Of a stretch of 64,000 nt of DNA, positions 41,366 to 52,173 are shown one piece after another. The stretch is taken from positions 71,476-135,475 of the forward strand of contig JAIPIB010000001.1 of assembly GCA_021734905.1 (NCBI GenBank), given 5' to 3'. This stretch comes from Minisyncoccota bacterium. GTDB taxonomy: Bacteria > Patescibacteriota > Minisyncoccia > Phycocordibacterales > UBA918. The notes beneath the pieces are model-generated. The model was not told the DNA's origin. It searched no databases and saw only the letters and a program-made list of their open reading frames with translations. Position 1 is the stretch's first letter. Every line of letters begins with the position of its first letter. The translations under genes were made by a program, and so were the position numbers.

Positions 41366-42115
41366 ATGTTCAAATTCATTAAAGAAAGATTATATTTTTT
41401 GAAACGGTGGTATCGACTCGTTTTTACCTATCCACAAGCAAAAATTTTGGTTGAGGAATCTCTTAATTATGATGAATACTGGAAAGAGAAGCGGGGTAAT
41501 ATCGATGGTACGCAAGCGCGCGCGATTTCAGCGAATGAAAAGATGCGAGCGGATTATGTTGCTCGAATCATTGGAAATACTGACTCTGTAGTGATTGGAG
41601 ACATTGCTTCTGGCCCGGGAGTCATCTACAACTACCTTAAGGGCAAAATACAGTTGCGGGGATACATCGGTTATGAATATTCTGAATATGCACTCAATGT
41701 TGCAAGATCTTTAGGTATGACGGGAGTGCAGTTCGATATAAATTCAGAGCGGGATCTCTCAGAAGTCCAAGAAGCAGATTATTTTCTTATGCTCGAAATT
41801 CTTGAGCATATCCCACATTCGGAGAAAGTTTTAGCATCTATGTATAACAAAGCGAGAAAAGGAGTATTTTTTTCATTCCCGAATTCTGGAAACTTCTTAT
41901 ATCGACTTAGGGTGCTCTTCGGTAGGATGCCAGCACAGTGGATTAAATTTCCTAATGAACATTTGCGTTTCTGGACATATACGGACTTGCAGTGGTGGCT
42001 CAAAGCTCTTGGATATAAAGACTATGAAATTTATGCGTACCGCGGTGCTCCAGTTTTAGAGAAAATCTGGCCAGCACTCTTCGCGGGTAGTTTTGTGGTT
42101 TATCTTAAAAAATGA
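41366..42115 (+). CDS. SAM-dependent methyltransferase (MetW-like)
   Basis: DIASGPG, EILEH, SFPN, HLRF. Confidence 0.75.
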   Translation: MFKFIKERLYFLKRWYRLVFTYPQAKILVEESLNYDEYWKEKRGNIDGTQARAISANEKMRADYVARIIGNTDSVVIGDIASGPGVIYNYLKGKIQLRGYIGYEYSEYALNVARSLGMTGVQFDINSERDLSEVQEADYFLMLEILEHIPHSEKVLASMYNKARKGVFFSFPNSGNFLYRLRVLFGRMPAQWIKFPNEHLRFWTYTDLQWWLKALGYKDYEIYAYRGAPVLEKIWPALFAGSFVVYLKK

Positions 42116-42186
42116 CTATAACTTGAAGATAGCAACCTTTTATGTGTAATTTTAGTACTATTGGTTAGTTGTATCAGCAAAATAAT

Positions 42187-43167
42187 ATGTTAGAACGTGA
42201 TTTAGTTGAAGAAAGAATTAAACAGACTATTGCTGCGGAAGTTGCAGCTGTCTCCAACTTGTCTGAGGGCATTGATGATAATTTTTATCGTGCAGTTGCA
42301 TTAATTGCTGATCGAGGTGGAAAGATACTCATCACCGGGGTTGGGAAATCAGGGTATATTGCTATGAAGATGGTCGCGACTCTTATTAGTCTTGGTCATG
42401 AATCGGTATTTTTAAATCCGCTTGATGCTTTACATGGAGATTCTGGGATGGTCAAGGATGACGATGTGTTGGTCGTCTTTTCTTTTTCTGGTGGATCACC
42501 TGAGTTGGTGAGGATCGTTGAGCACCTTAAGAAACATTTTTCTATTGGTGTCGTGACAATTACTGGGAATTGTAATTCTATGCTTTCAAAATTGTCTGAT
42601 GAAGCGATCACTTTTTCGGTGGAAGAAGAAGGGTGTCCTTTAGGTCTTGCACCTATGGCAAGTACGACAGCATCACTCGTAATTGCTGACAGTATTGCTG
42701 CAGCATTGACGTCACCTGACACTTTTAGGCAAGAACATTTTGCTATGTTCCATCCTGCAGGAAGTCTCGGGCTTTCATTAAAAAAAGTCAAAGAAATCAT
42801 GCGCGGAGGCGACGAATTACCAAAGGTATCGATGTATATTAGTTTTGAGGAAGTGCTTGAAGCAATAACTTCGCAACGGCTCGCGCAGATTGTCGGTGTT
42901 GTAGACGAGGAAGGGTATTTGGTTGGAGCACTCGGTGATGGAGATATAAGAAAAATGCTTATTAAACATGGAGACCTTCGGGGGAAACAGATTAATATCT
43001 TCATGAATCAATCACCTAAAACAATCAATGAAGATGATAGTCTGCAGGTCGCACTTCAAACAATGAAAGAACATAAAATTAACAATCTTTTTGTGACTGA
43101 TAGCAACAATGTCTATATTGGGTTTATTCATCTGCATGACATTGTTGGTGATTATGCAACGTCTTGA
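42187..43167 (+). CDS. kdsD: Arabinose-5-phosphate isomerase (KdsD/KpsF), SIS+CBS
   Basis: TGVGKSG, ALHGD, APMAST, FHPAGSLG, DGDIR. Confidence 0.9.
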   Translation: MLERDLVEERIKQTIAAEVAAVSNLSEGIDDNFYRAVALIADRGGKILITGVGKSGYIAMKMVATLISLGHESVFLNPLDALHGDSGMVKDDDVLVVFSFSGGSPELVRIVEHLKKHFSIGVVTITGNCNSMLSKLSDEAITFSVEEEGCPLGLAPMASTTASLVIADSIAAALTSPDTFRQEHFAMFHPAGSLGLSLKKVKEIMRGGDELPKVSMYISFEEVLEAITSQRLAQIVGVVDEEGYLVGALGDGDIRKMLIKHGDLRGKQINIFMNQSPKTINEDDSLQVALQTMKEHKINNLFVTDSNNVYIGFIHLHDIVGDYATS

Positions 43168-43200
43168 TTTTTTTACAGAAAAGTTTTTCCATCAAGTTAA

Positions 43201-44706
43201 ATGAATTCTATGGAGCCTAATAAACATTATGCAATTGATCTTCTTACTCGGATTAATGCATTGCAACATAACGGAAAAGATATTTCCTTAGCCTTTATCG
43301 AAGGCAAGTATTCACGATGGGCATTTCAGCAGTTTTTCCTCCTGAGTCAGATTGAGGAATTCAGTAAGACAAAAGATTTTTCAAATTATATTAAGAGACG
43401 AAAGCCACGATATGGGACCATTAGTATTTTTTTTGTCATCCTTTTCGAAGTTGTGACTGTGTTTTTTACGATACTACAAATTATGTACGTTCGTATTCAT
43501 CGTCCAAGAGTAATAACATTTTCATCGGATTTTTTAGATGCTTCGACCCATCTTAATCCACGATTGCGAAATATTTATTCATATTTTCATGCTAAAAATA
43601 TATCTTACGTTGAAATTCTCCATGTTACGACAGTGCGAAATTTTCTTATAAATATATGGAAACGAGGAGGATTAAGTATTTATCTTGAAGCATTTAACAC
43701 AGTATCACGTGCATGGACTTTTGTGAGTCGAAAAACTAATGCTGATGACTTTGTTAAGGAGCTTGATTTACAGAACATTCATGAAGATGAGCGTAAATTT
43801 GTCGAGTACCTTATTGCTGAGGCTGTTGAAAAAATTCAAGTCGCTAAAATAAATTCCGTCATTATTCAAGCCTTTTTACGTTTCAGTGGTGTGCGGGAAT
43901 ATGTATCTGCAGATGATTTCCGATATATACCTGAGTTGCTCCTTGCTTGTGAAAGGGAACATATACCATCGTATGTATTTCAACACTCAAATTTTGGATA
44001 TCTGACTGGAATGTATTTATTACCACCACAGATATATATTTTTCCTTTAATTTTCTTTACGTGGAATGCTTACTGGAAGAGAAGAATTAAAGAAATAAGT
44101 CCATTTTTTTCAGAGTATGGGTCTCGTATTGAAATCGGAGGACGTTCATTTACACCAGCGCAACCCGTACAGGTCATTCGTAAGAAGTTGGACAGCACAA
44201 GAGATAGCATTTCAGTACTAATTCCATATGAAGTTTCTGTGAGCAGGGATCAAATTATTCCATACACTAGCCAACTTCTTGGCGACTCACGAATCAGAAT
44301 ATTTTTTGTTCTAAGAGGAACCATTGATCAGATTGATTATGGAATGCAACTGGATAAATACTTTACTTCTGAACATCAAAAGAGCCCACAACTGGTTGTC
44401 GTGGAACCATCTGGACGGCAAGGAGCCGTCGAAAATTGTAATGTCATTGCAGGCGTGTATTCTGGTTTCCTTGATGAGTCGATTGAGACAGGTGTGCCAA
44501 TTTGTGTATTCATGACTGATTTTCTCACGGTAAATAGGCTCGATGAAGACAATCTTGCGTCCACTATTGACTATGTTCAGGGGAATATCTATGATCAGCT
44601 ACGCAGTGCTTGTATGACACCAGACCATATTTTGTCTGAGAGAAGAGAGAGAGTTCATTCGGGCACTGTAGATATTCGTAAGACACTGCAGAGGATATTG
44701 GAATAA
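43201..44706 (+). CDS. Uncharacterised protein, possible GT-B glycan transferase
   Basis: Long ORF between kdsD and kdsB, with YVFQHS, FFTWN and YSGFLDE segments. Confidence 0.55.
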   Translation: MNSMEPNKHYAIDLLTRINALQHNGKDISLAFIEGKYSRWAFQQFFLLSQIEEFSKTKDFSNYIKRRKPRYGTISIFFVILFEVVTVFFTILQIMYVRIHRPRVITFSSDFLDASTHLNPRLRNIYSYFHAKNISYVEILHVTTVRNFLINIWKRGGLSIYLEAFNTVSRAWTFVSRKTNADDFVKELDLQNIHEDERKFVEYLIAEAVEKIQVAKINSVIIQAFLRFSGVREYVSADDFRYIPELLLACEREHIPSYVFQHSNFGYLTGMYLLPPQIYIFPLIFFTWNAYWKRRIKEISPFFSEYGSRIEIGGRSFTPAQPVQVIRKKLDSTRDSISVLIPYEVSVSRDQIIPYTSQLLGDSRIRIFFVLRGTIDQIDYGMQLDKYFTSEHQKSPQLVVVEPSGRQGAVENCNVIAGVYSGFLDESIETGVPICVFMTDFLTVNRLDEDNLASTIDYVQGNIYDQLRSACMTPDHILSERRERVHSGTVDIRKTLQRILE

Positions 44707-44739
44707 GTCCATATGTTTGAAATAAACTAAGAGATTAGT

Positions 44740-45495
44740 ATGAATATAAATAAAGATATAAAAGTACTCGGAGTAATATCAGCTCGAATTGGATCAACAC
44801 GAGTATCGAGAAAGATGCTTAAGGATGTCTATGGGAAGACGCTCATTTGCAGGGCGTATGAGAGGACTGTTCAGGCAAAAAAATTAGACGCACTTGTAAT
44901 TGCAACAGATTCGGATGAAATTGAAGCTGAAGCAAAATCATTTGGAGCAAAGGTTATTCGGTCCATCAAGGAGCATGCGAATGGTACGGAACGCACAGCT
45001 GAAGCCGTAAAAATATTTGATGAATTTCTTCCTGATACTGTGGTGACTGTTTGGGGTGATGAGCCAACCTACCCTGCCTCAGCAATTGATGATTGTATTG
45101 ATTTGTTTCATACGGGTAAGTTTGATGTCGTTATACCTTCATTCAAGATCCATAATCCAGCATCCATAGATGATCCAAGTGTGGGGAAGGTGGTTACCGA
45201 TATTCATGGACGTATTTTGTATCTCTCTCGTTCTACTATTCCACATAATTATAAAGGTGCGAGTGTCGATTACTATCATGCGAGTGGTGCAATGATTATG
45301 CATCGAGACTTTTTTGATATTTATAGTTCACTTCCAAGAACAGGATTAGAGGCGATAGAAGATATTGAACAACTGAGAATTCTTGAGCAAGGATATTCGA
45401 TTGGAACTATTAAAACCAATTTTTTGAATCAAGGGGTAAATACACCGGAAGATTATGAAGCCGTCGTTCAAATATATAAAGAACGAGAAGGGTAG
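44740..45495 (+). CDS. kdsB: CMP-Kdo synthetase-like cytidylyltransferase
   Basis: ARIGSTR, IATD, GTER, GDEP, YLSR, LEAIEDIEQLR. Confidence 0.85.
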   Translation: MNINKDIKVLGVISARIGSTRVSRKMLKDVYGKTLICRAYERTVQAKKLDALVIATDSDEIEAEAKSFGAKVIRSIKEHANGTERTAEAVKIFDEFLPDTVVTVWGDEPTYPASAIDDCIDLFHTGKFDVVIPSFKIHNPASIDDPSVGKVVTDIHGRILYLSRSTIPHNYKGASVDYYHASGAMIMHRDFFDIYSSLPRTGLEAIEDIEQLRILEQGYSIGTIKTNFLNQGVNTPEDYEAVVQIYKEREG

Positions 45496-45512
45496 TGTTT
45501 TTTATATAAAAT

Positions 45513-46772
45513 TTATTTAGAATTATCTTTTTCTGATCTTGAAAAGAGAATCATTTGTAGAATTATAGTCGCTCCTTTTGAAAGTAAAATAGATAGAATG
45601 GCGCCGAGAACTCCATAGTGGGGAATAAGTATGACAAAGAAAAAGATTTTTAACCCAGAGTCAAATATTCTGATTGAATAAAGAGATTTTATTTTTTTTT
45701 GGATTTGAAGAGCGTTACCGTGAAGGATTCCAGCAGCAATAATGGGAAGAATGAGTATGTAGATTGATGCATACCATGAAGCCTCAACATATTGAGGAAA
45801 CAGCAATGAATAGAGTGGTTTCGCTATTATCCAGAAAAGTATAGTGATAACGAGCGTGACGATGACGTATGTTCGTGTGTGAGTTTTGATACTATGAGCA
45901 AGTTGCGCGTCATTTTTTGTACTAAGTCTTGGTATAACCATCGAATTAATTAATTTGTTGATACTTCGAATTTGATCAGGAATTCCAACTGAAAACGCAT
46001 AAATAGCTAGTTGGTATGGTCCAAGGAATTGGAAAATAAGGATTTTGTCGATATATTCAGCTATAACACTAATGATGTTTCCAACACTGAGGTGCCTACT
46101 GAGTGCCTGCTCAGAGACGTCGACACTATTTTTGTCAGGGTTATAAAATCGGAGAGTTCTTTTTTGAGCAAGATATTGATAAAGCGTCATCGAGCCATTG
46201 TAGGCAAGGAGTATCCAAAACACACTTGTGGCATCAAAAAATATAATACATGCTATGGAAGACACTACGGTAATTGAACTGAGTACTTGATTTTTTGCGA
46301 GATTCTTAAAATCTTTTTTTCCGTTTAGAAACGAAGTGTGCAGTATGAAAATATTTTGCAGATATACAAAAGTGCTCATGAGTATGACTCCAAGTCCAAG
46401 AACATAATTATCGTTATAGATGTAGTATCCGCCAAAGAAAAGCGAGATTATTATTGCGGGAGTACCCCATAGAGCAGAGAGTTTTTTTTCGTATTCAAGC
46501 GACCCATCAAATCCCTTTGAAACTGATTGCAGCACTGCGCTGGCAGCACCAGTAAGCGAAAAAGCACTTATTATTCCAGCAACAGCAAGGATGTATTTAT
46601 ATTGTCCATAGGTAGTTGAATCAATATAGTTCGCGAGAAGTACCGAAACAAGAAATCCACAAAGTGTACCAAAGGCATGACTACTACTAATTATAGTACC
46701 GTTTTTAAGTAAATAATGAATATCAATATGAAATTTTTTTTGTATGATGTTGAGAAAAGATTCTAATTTCAT
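45513..46772 (-). CDS. wzx: Wzx-type oligosaccharide flippase
   Basis: Multi-TM protein with YGQYKY, IDKILI..FLG...LAIY and LIPHYGVLGA. Confidence 0.8.
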   Translation of the reverse strand: MKLESFLNIIQKKFHIDIHYLLKNGTIISSSHAFGTLCGFLVSVLLANYIDSTTYGQYKYILAVAGIISAFSLTGAASAVLQSVSKGFDGSLEYEKKLSALWGTPAIIISLFFGGYYIYNDNYVLGLGVILMSTFVYLQNIFILHTSFLNGKKDFKNLAKNQVLSSITVVSSIACIIFFDATSVFWILLAYNGSMTLYQYLAQKRTLRFYNPDKNSVDVSEQALSRHLSVGNIISVIAEYIDKILIFQFLGPYQLAIYAFSVGIPDQIRSINKLINSMVIPRLSTKNDAQLAHSIKTHTRTYVIVTLVITILFWIIAKPLYSLLFPQYVEASWYASIYILILPIIAAGILHGNALQIQKKIKSLYSIRIFDSGLKIFFFVILIPHYGVLGAILSILLSKGATIILQMILFSRSEKDNSK

Positions 46773-47320
46773 GGTGTGTGTTGATTTTACCACTACCTAG
46801 TACATGAAGATGGTTGTGTGATATTTGTAACCACTATTGTAGGCTATAAGTTTAGCCTATTCGTGGCCTGTTTTTAGAGTATGAGAGTCAAGGCTCCAAA
46901 TATGATACTATCCTTATGTACAATATGTAGCATTCTTGGAACAACAAAATCAATACAAAATCTTACTCGAGTGAATTACTTCCAATGATTTCGAGGCCTT
47001 GATTTGACCAATCTAATACAATACGGAGATTTTGCACTTGCTCACAATCTCCTTAGCATAACGGGTGACGTAACACCACAGCCATTTGTGTCGAAAGGTA
47101 ACGAAACGAAATATCGAGCCTTTGAGTTCTAGTGATTGGTGAGTCGTTTAACTCACACATAATATTCACTTTGAGGAGACACGCACTGTTGATGGTCTGT
47201 ATTCCTACATGTATGTAGGGGGGCAGTTTGCATTTTAAATGACCTAACTCTAAAATACAAAGTTGGATTACAGAACACTCAATCGCAGTCCTTGTAGGAC
47301 TTGCTGTCGCTATTCTAGTA

Positions 47321-49009
47321 GTGTCTCCACATATTCGATCTTTTCTCATAATTGGTTCTGAAAATTTTGAAGGGGTATACCCAGCTTTTAATGATGATGA
47401 AATCACGTATCAAGCGAGAATCAAAGAAGCGGTGGAAGGAAATTTGAACATTGGGAATCCATACATTAAGGAGCATATGAGTGATCCGTTTATTATGCCA
47501 CCAGTTGGTGAGTGGATAATTGCCATCGGGGCATGGATAACGAATACATCAGTACCGTTTATGACGAGTGCAAGTGATTTTGTTTTTGGTTTTGTTGACT
47601 TTGTGCTTGTCTACGCACTTTTTCTTATGGTCACCAGAAAAAGAAAATGGGTGGCACTCTTTTATACAGTACTGTTTATTTCTTTCTCTCTTTCGACATT
47701 TGGTCGCCCAATAAGCCCGCAACTCAATTCCATTTTTTTATATTTGGGAATTATAGCTACTGCGCGCATTTATTTTCTTGATGGTGTATCAAAGAAGTCG
47801 TGGAACCGCACGGCCGGCCTTATTGCTGGTATTACCTGTTTTATCTCCCCGTATTTTTTCACCGCACTACTCGTATTTTATTTTGCACTTTTTTTACTGA
47901 AAGGAGTATTTGAAAAAAGTATTGAACCACTTAAAAGAAACATTCCATCATTTCTGATAACATTTATACCATTTGCGTTACTCTATGCATTCTTTCAAAT
48001 ACGCGCTGCTGGAGATCCTTCGTATAGTGAAACTGTGCTTCGGTATGGTCTTTTCCAGTCACATCTCCCAGGAAGTTATACAAACGTGGCCTTTGGTGTG
48101 CTTACATTGGGGGTAATTTTTATAGCATACAAATTTCTCACACAAAGAGCATTTATTTTTGGCCTAAGTGTTGTGAGTAGTATATGGATACTTAATTTAC
48201 AAAACATTATTACGGGCAAATCACTTCAATTTTCAAGCCATTATCTATTTACCACGATTCTTTTTGTACTCATGGCGCTGGCAGTTATTCACGGGGCACT
48301 TCTCGAACAGAAAGGAAAAACTAGTAATAGGAAAACTATGGCTATTATAGGAATTATTTTTGTGGTATCGCTTGTTGCATATAATCAGCGAAATGAATTT
48401 ATGCATATTGCCAATATGCCATACACACGAGAGGAGCTCATCGAAGAGCAGAGGAAAATGAAAGTGTTTGAATGGCTGAATGAAAATACTGAGCCAAATT
48501 CTGTCGTGTATTCATTGGGAGATAATTATGATTTTCTTATTCCGATCTACACTGAAAATAAGGTTTATTATAATTTTTATGCGGCGCTCTACCCAGCATC
48601 GAATACTGAAACGGAAGAGCGATGGCTTATACAGAACATGTTTGTACCGGAGATAGATTCGAACACGATACGAGATAGGCAGCGAGAATTTTGGGGTAAT
48701 CGATTTATTGATGTCTACCAATCCGCCGAAAATAGAAAAAAAATTGTTGCCTTTTTGACACGAACAAAGTACGCTCCTTCAGAAATGATTGACGAAAGTT
48801 TCATCGACTATATGCATACAAGATGGGAAGGAATTAAAGAGCAACCACATGAGGAACTATTCGGACGCTATCAAATTGATTATATTCTTCTGAGTAAAGA
48901 ATATTTGTATTTCAATGATACAAAGAAACGTCTTGATGAAACAAAGAATATTACTTTGCAGACCACTATGAATGGAGAATTAATTTATAGTGTTGTGGAC
49001 CCACTGTAG
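47321..49009 (+). CDS. Multi-TM GT-C-like membrane protein (true start probably near 47239)
   Basis: DDEITYQARI, GNPYIKEH, many TMs and a soluble C-terminal domain. Confidence 0.65.
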   Translation: MSPHIRSFLIIGSENFEGVYPAFNDDEITYQARIKEAVEGNLNIGNPYIKEHMSDPFIMPPVGEWIIAIGAWITNTSVPFMTSASDFVFGFVDFVLVYALFLMVTRKRKWVALFYTVLFISFSLSTFGRPISPQLNSIFLYLGIIATARIYFLDGVSKKSWNRTAGLIAGITCFISPYFFTALLVFYFALFLLKGVFEKSIEPLKRNIPSFLITFIPFALLYAFFQIRAAGDPSYSETVLRYGLFQSHLPGSYTNVAFGVLTLGVIFIAYKFLTQRAFIFGLSVVSSIWILNLQNIITGKSLQFSSHYLFTTILFVLMALAVIHGALLEQKGKTSNRKTMAIIGIIFVVSLVAYNQRNEFMHIANMPYTREELIEEQRKMKVFEWLNENTEPNSVVYSLGDNYDFLIPIYTENKVYYNFYAALYPASNTETEERWLIQNMFVPEIDSNTIRDRQREFWGNRFIDVYQSAENRKKIVAFLTRTKYAPSEMIDESFIDYMHTRWEGIKEQPHEELFGRYQIDYILLSKEYLYFNDTKKRLDETKNITLQTTMNGELIYSVVDPL

Positions 49010-49085
49010 TCCGTTTAATTCTGTATCTTTGAATGAATATGGTAAGTTATAGAAATTGCTGGAGACAACAAGAAATAAATAATTT

Positions 49086-49796
49086 ATGAAACGAATAACA
49101 ATTTCTGGAGGTTTTGATCCGATACATCCTGGACACATTGCGATGATTGAGGATGCAAAGAAGTTTGGTGAGGTACACGTAATTGTAAACAGTGATGATT
49201 GGCTTATACGAAAGAAGGGTTTCTTTTTTCAACCGTGGACAGATCGTAAAAAAATCCTTGAAGCGTATACACCACATGTTTATGATGTCGATGATTCTGA
49301 TGGTACTGTCTGTGAAGCACTTCGTCGTATTAGGCCAGACTATTTTGGAAATGGCGGTGATAGGGGAAAGACAAATACTCCAGAATTAAATGTGTGTGAG
49401 GAGCTCGGTATAGAGCCGGTTTTTGAACTTGGTGGAGGGAAATATTCTTCAAGCTCAGCATTGAATGCAAAACAGCGAGTGAGTACACGATGGGGTTGGT
49501 TTGACGTTATCCTTGATATGCACGCACTGAAAGTAAAAATGCTTCATATTGAAGCAGGGAAATCATTATCGCTCCAAAAGCATGGTGACAGGAGTGAGTT
49601 CTTTTTTATGCCTACCGGAGAAGTGAGGGTAAATCTTCCTGGCGTATGGCATGTGCTTGAAGCACCAAGCGACCAAGACCTGGATGTTCTCGAGGTCCAA
49701 ATGGGAATTTCGGCAGAGGAAGATATTGATAAGATACATGAGACTCATGAGTCGTTTGACGTTGAAAAAGTAAAGAAAATACTTCTGAATAGATAG
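49086..49796 (+). CDS. Cytidylyl/adenylyltransferase (RfaE domain II-like) fused to a cupin
   Basis: SGGFDPIHPGH, NSD, NGGDR, SSS. C-terminal RWG...LSLQKH..RSE...WH...EVQ.G. Confidence 0.8.
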   Translation: MKRITISGGFDPIHPGHIAMIEDAKKFGEVHVIVNSDDWLIRKKGFFFQPWTDRKKILEAYTPHVYDVDDSDGTVCEALRRIRPDYFGNGGDRGKTNTPELNVCEELGIEPVFELGGGKYSSSSALNAKQRVSTRWGWFDVILDMHALKVKMLHIEAGKSLSLQKHGDRSEFFFMPTGEVRVNLPGVWHVLEAPSDQDLDVLEVQMGISAEEDIDKIHETHESFDVEKVKKILLNR

Positions 49797-49863
49797 CTAT
49801 GAAAATTATTATACACAAGGGTGTTATTATATGTTTTCAATAATATTTTTTTGACACATCATT

Positions 49864-50571
49864 ATGAGTAACACTACTAACGAAACATTTTCTTATACAG
49901 GAGGGGCAGCACTCGAAAACATGAATGAAGCCGTTCGATACAATCAAGCGCTTCTCAATTTAATTTATCGAACTGACATAACCAAAACGTCTAGGATACT
50001 TGATTTTGGTGCAGGAATGGGCACGTTTTCAAAATTGCTTCGTGAAGAAGGCTATAAGGTTGACTGTCTTGAAGTTGACCCCACAGAGAGTGCTTATTTG
50101 CGCGGTGCAGGTTTTACTGTTTTTGAGAATCTACTCGAGGTTCCTGATGGTGTGTACGATAGCATTTACAGTCTTAACGTGCTTGAACATATAGAAGATC
50201 ATGCTGGGGCTCTCTCTGAATTGCAGAAAAAATTGAAAGTTGGTGGCAGACTATTCTTGTATGTTCCTGCATTTCAATCTCTTTATTCCGAATTTGATGC
50301 CATGTTAGGTCATTTTCGTCGATATAAATTATCTGATCTACAAACACTACTCGAAGCTAGCCACTTCAGTATTCTTGATATTCGTTATTATGATACGCTC
50401 GGCTTTCTTGCTGCATACATGTTTAAGTTACTTCGTTCAAAACCAGAGCAGGTTACGCGAAGAAAGATATGGATATTCGATCGACTCATCTTCCCATGTA
50501 ACCGCATTTTTGATCCGTTATTTCGGAGGTGGTTTGGAAAAAATATCTTTGCATTGTGTATTAAAAAATAG
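49864..50571 (+). CDS. Class I SAM-dependent methyltransferase
   Basis: LDFGAGMG, NVLEHIED, VPA, GHFRRY. Confidence 0.88.
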   Translation: MSNTTNETFSYTGGAALENMNEAVRYNQALLNLIYRTDITKTSRILDFGAGMGTFSKLLREEGYKVDCLEVDPTESAYLRGAGFTVFENLLEVPDGVYDSIYSLNVLEHIEDHAGALSELQKKLKVGGRLFLYVPAFQSLYSEFDAMLGHFRRYKLSDLQTLLEASHFSILDIRYYDTLGFLAAYMFKLLRSKPEQVTRRKIWIFDRLIFPCNRIFDPLFRRWFGKNIFALCIKK

Positions 50572-50631
50572 AGATTTCATACCATATGCATATTCATTAA
50601 ATATGCTACAATCCCAGCAAATTTAACTGAT

Positions 50632-51756
50632 ATGATAGATGCCTTGCGTCCATATGTATTCCTCGGTGTTGCAGTAATTGTTGCGACGTTAAGTTTTCTT
50701 GTGATTGGTCCATTTAATATGAATATTGATGGAGATATCTATGTTGCACAGGTTGAACAATTCGAATCTGGACAAGTAACCAATGTGCCATACAATGTTG
50801 CGCAACGTGCGTTTAAGCCAGCGGTTGGTGTATTAGGAAGTTTGCTTGTACCATTTTTTACACCAACTGAAGCAATCCAATTCCTAAACCTCTTAATACT
50901 TTTCGCATTACCGTTTGTTGCATTCAAATTTTTCTGTGAGTGTGGTTTCACAGAGAAAGAAGCGACATGGGGAGCAGTCTGGCTTATGACCGGGTATCCT
51001 GTCTTGAAATATGGACTTGCGATTAGTACAGATATGGGAAGTTGGCTTTTCGCACTCGCAAGTGCATATTTTGTACTTAAAGGCTTACGCACGGATTCAT
51101 ATCGAACGATTCTTCTCGCGTCACTCCTTGGATTTATTGGAGGAACAATAAAAGAGCCTGGAGTTTTTGGGCTTTTCTTCGGAGCTATATACATCGCTTT
51201 TACATATGCACAACGACCAATACAAAAAACTATTACACTACTTTCGGTTCTAGCACTTCCAGCATTTATCTGTGAAACGATACTTTTTTCAGTACTCATA
51301 TACGCCGGATTTCCAACATTTTTGGATTGGTATAGTGTCGTCACCGTTGAAAAGTTTGCAGCAGAGCATTACCAGCTATTACAATTTGCTGGGGTCCTTG
51401 CTTCCACGTTTAGTATTCTGCTTGTGTATGCATTGATAGGATTTATTTCTGTTCTGTACAGACGTGTACGACTTTATGACACGACGCATGCATTTACAGC
51501 AGCAGTTCTTCTAACGTCGTTACCAATATTACTTTGGAAAATATTTATTTCGCGAGTTCTTTTTATTCAGTTTATATTTTTTATACCGATGGCACTACTC
51601 GGAGTACGTACGCTCAACGAGTATGTTGGGAGCAGGAAGAGCGTATTAAAATTACAGACCGTTTTATACGTATTACCAATCATCTGCTCTGTGGGGCTTT
51701 TCTTGCTCGCTGGTCGAGGGTCACTCTTTGACCTATTCACTAGAATATTTGGGTAG
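50632..51756 (+). CDS. GT-C-like multi-TM membrane protein
   Basis: DGDIY loop after TM1 and about 10 TMs. Next to gtrA/GT2. Confidence 0.6.
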   Translation: MIDALRPYVFLGVAVIVATLSFLVIGPFNMNIDGDIYVAQVEQFESGQVTNVPYNVAQRAFKPAVGVLGSLLVPFFTPTEAIQFLNLLILFALPFVAFKFFCECGFTEKEATWGAVWLMTGYPVLKYGLAISTDMGSWLFALASAYFVLKGLRTDSYRTILLASLLGFIGGTIKEPGVFGLFFGAIYIAFTYAQRPIQKTITLLSVLALPAFICETILFSVLIYAGFPTFLDWYSVVTVEKFAAEHYQLLQFAGVLASTFSILLVYALIGFISVLYRRVRLYDTTHAFTAAVLLTSLPILLWKIFISRVLFIQFIFFIPMALLGVRTLNEYVGSRKSVLKLQTVLYVLPIICSVGLFLLAGRGSLFDLFTRIFG

Positions 51757-52164
51757 GTTATTTTCCTTGTTTTTGAATAGCTTACTGTAGGCAAGATACG
51801 ACCATACTGCGATGATCATTGCTACCACGATTTGCGCAACAACCGGGGCAAGGCCAACGCGCTCGACAAAGAAAATCATGAGTACATAGTTTACAAAAAA
51901 GTTCATTGAGGCAACAAGAAAGAAAAGTAGGGACTGTTTGTGGACTGTTTGCGTATCAGTGTTTCGGAAAGTAAAAAACTTTTGCATTATAAAATTAAAC
52001 GTAACAGCACCAAGAAAACCAAATGTTGTTGCGTACCGGTACCAAACATCAAATACATCAGTCAGTATGAATACGATACCAATATGGATCGATGCACTCG
52101 TTCCTCCTGAAAATAGAAAACGAAATATTCTTATCCCAAATATTTTTTTTGTCAGTTGATACAT
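51733..52164 (-). CDS. GtrA family protein
   Basis: RFLFSGG...FNFIMQKFFTF, four TMs. Confidence 0.85.
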   Translation of the reverse strand: MYQLTKKIFGIRIFRFLFSGGTSASIHIGIVFILTDVFDVWYRYATTFGFLGAVTFNFIMQKFFTFRNTDTQTVHKQSLLFFLVASMNFFVNYVLMIFFVERVGLAPVVAQIVVAMIIAVWSYLAYSKLFKNKENNLPKYSSE

Positions 52165-52173
52165 TTTGTTACG

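Noticed and set aside
46794-47238. Additional SD-led mini-ORFs in the wzx/GT-C intergenic region
   Set aside because: The GGAG motifs lead only to 8-10 codon ORFs with no clear promoter or terminator.
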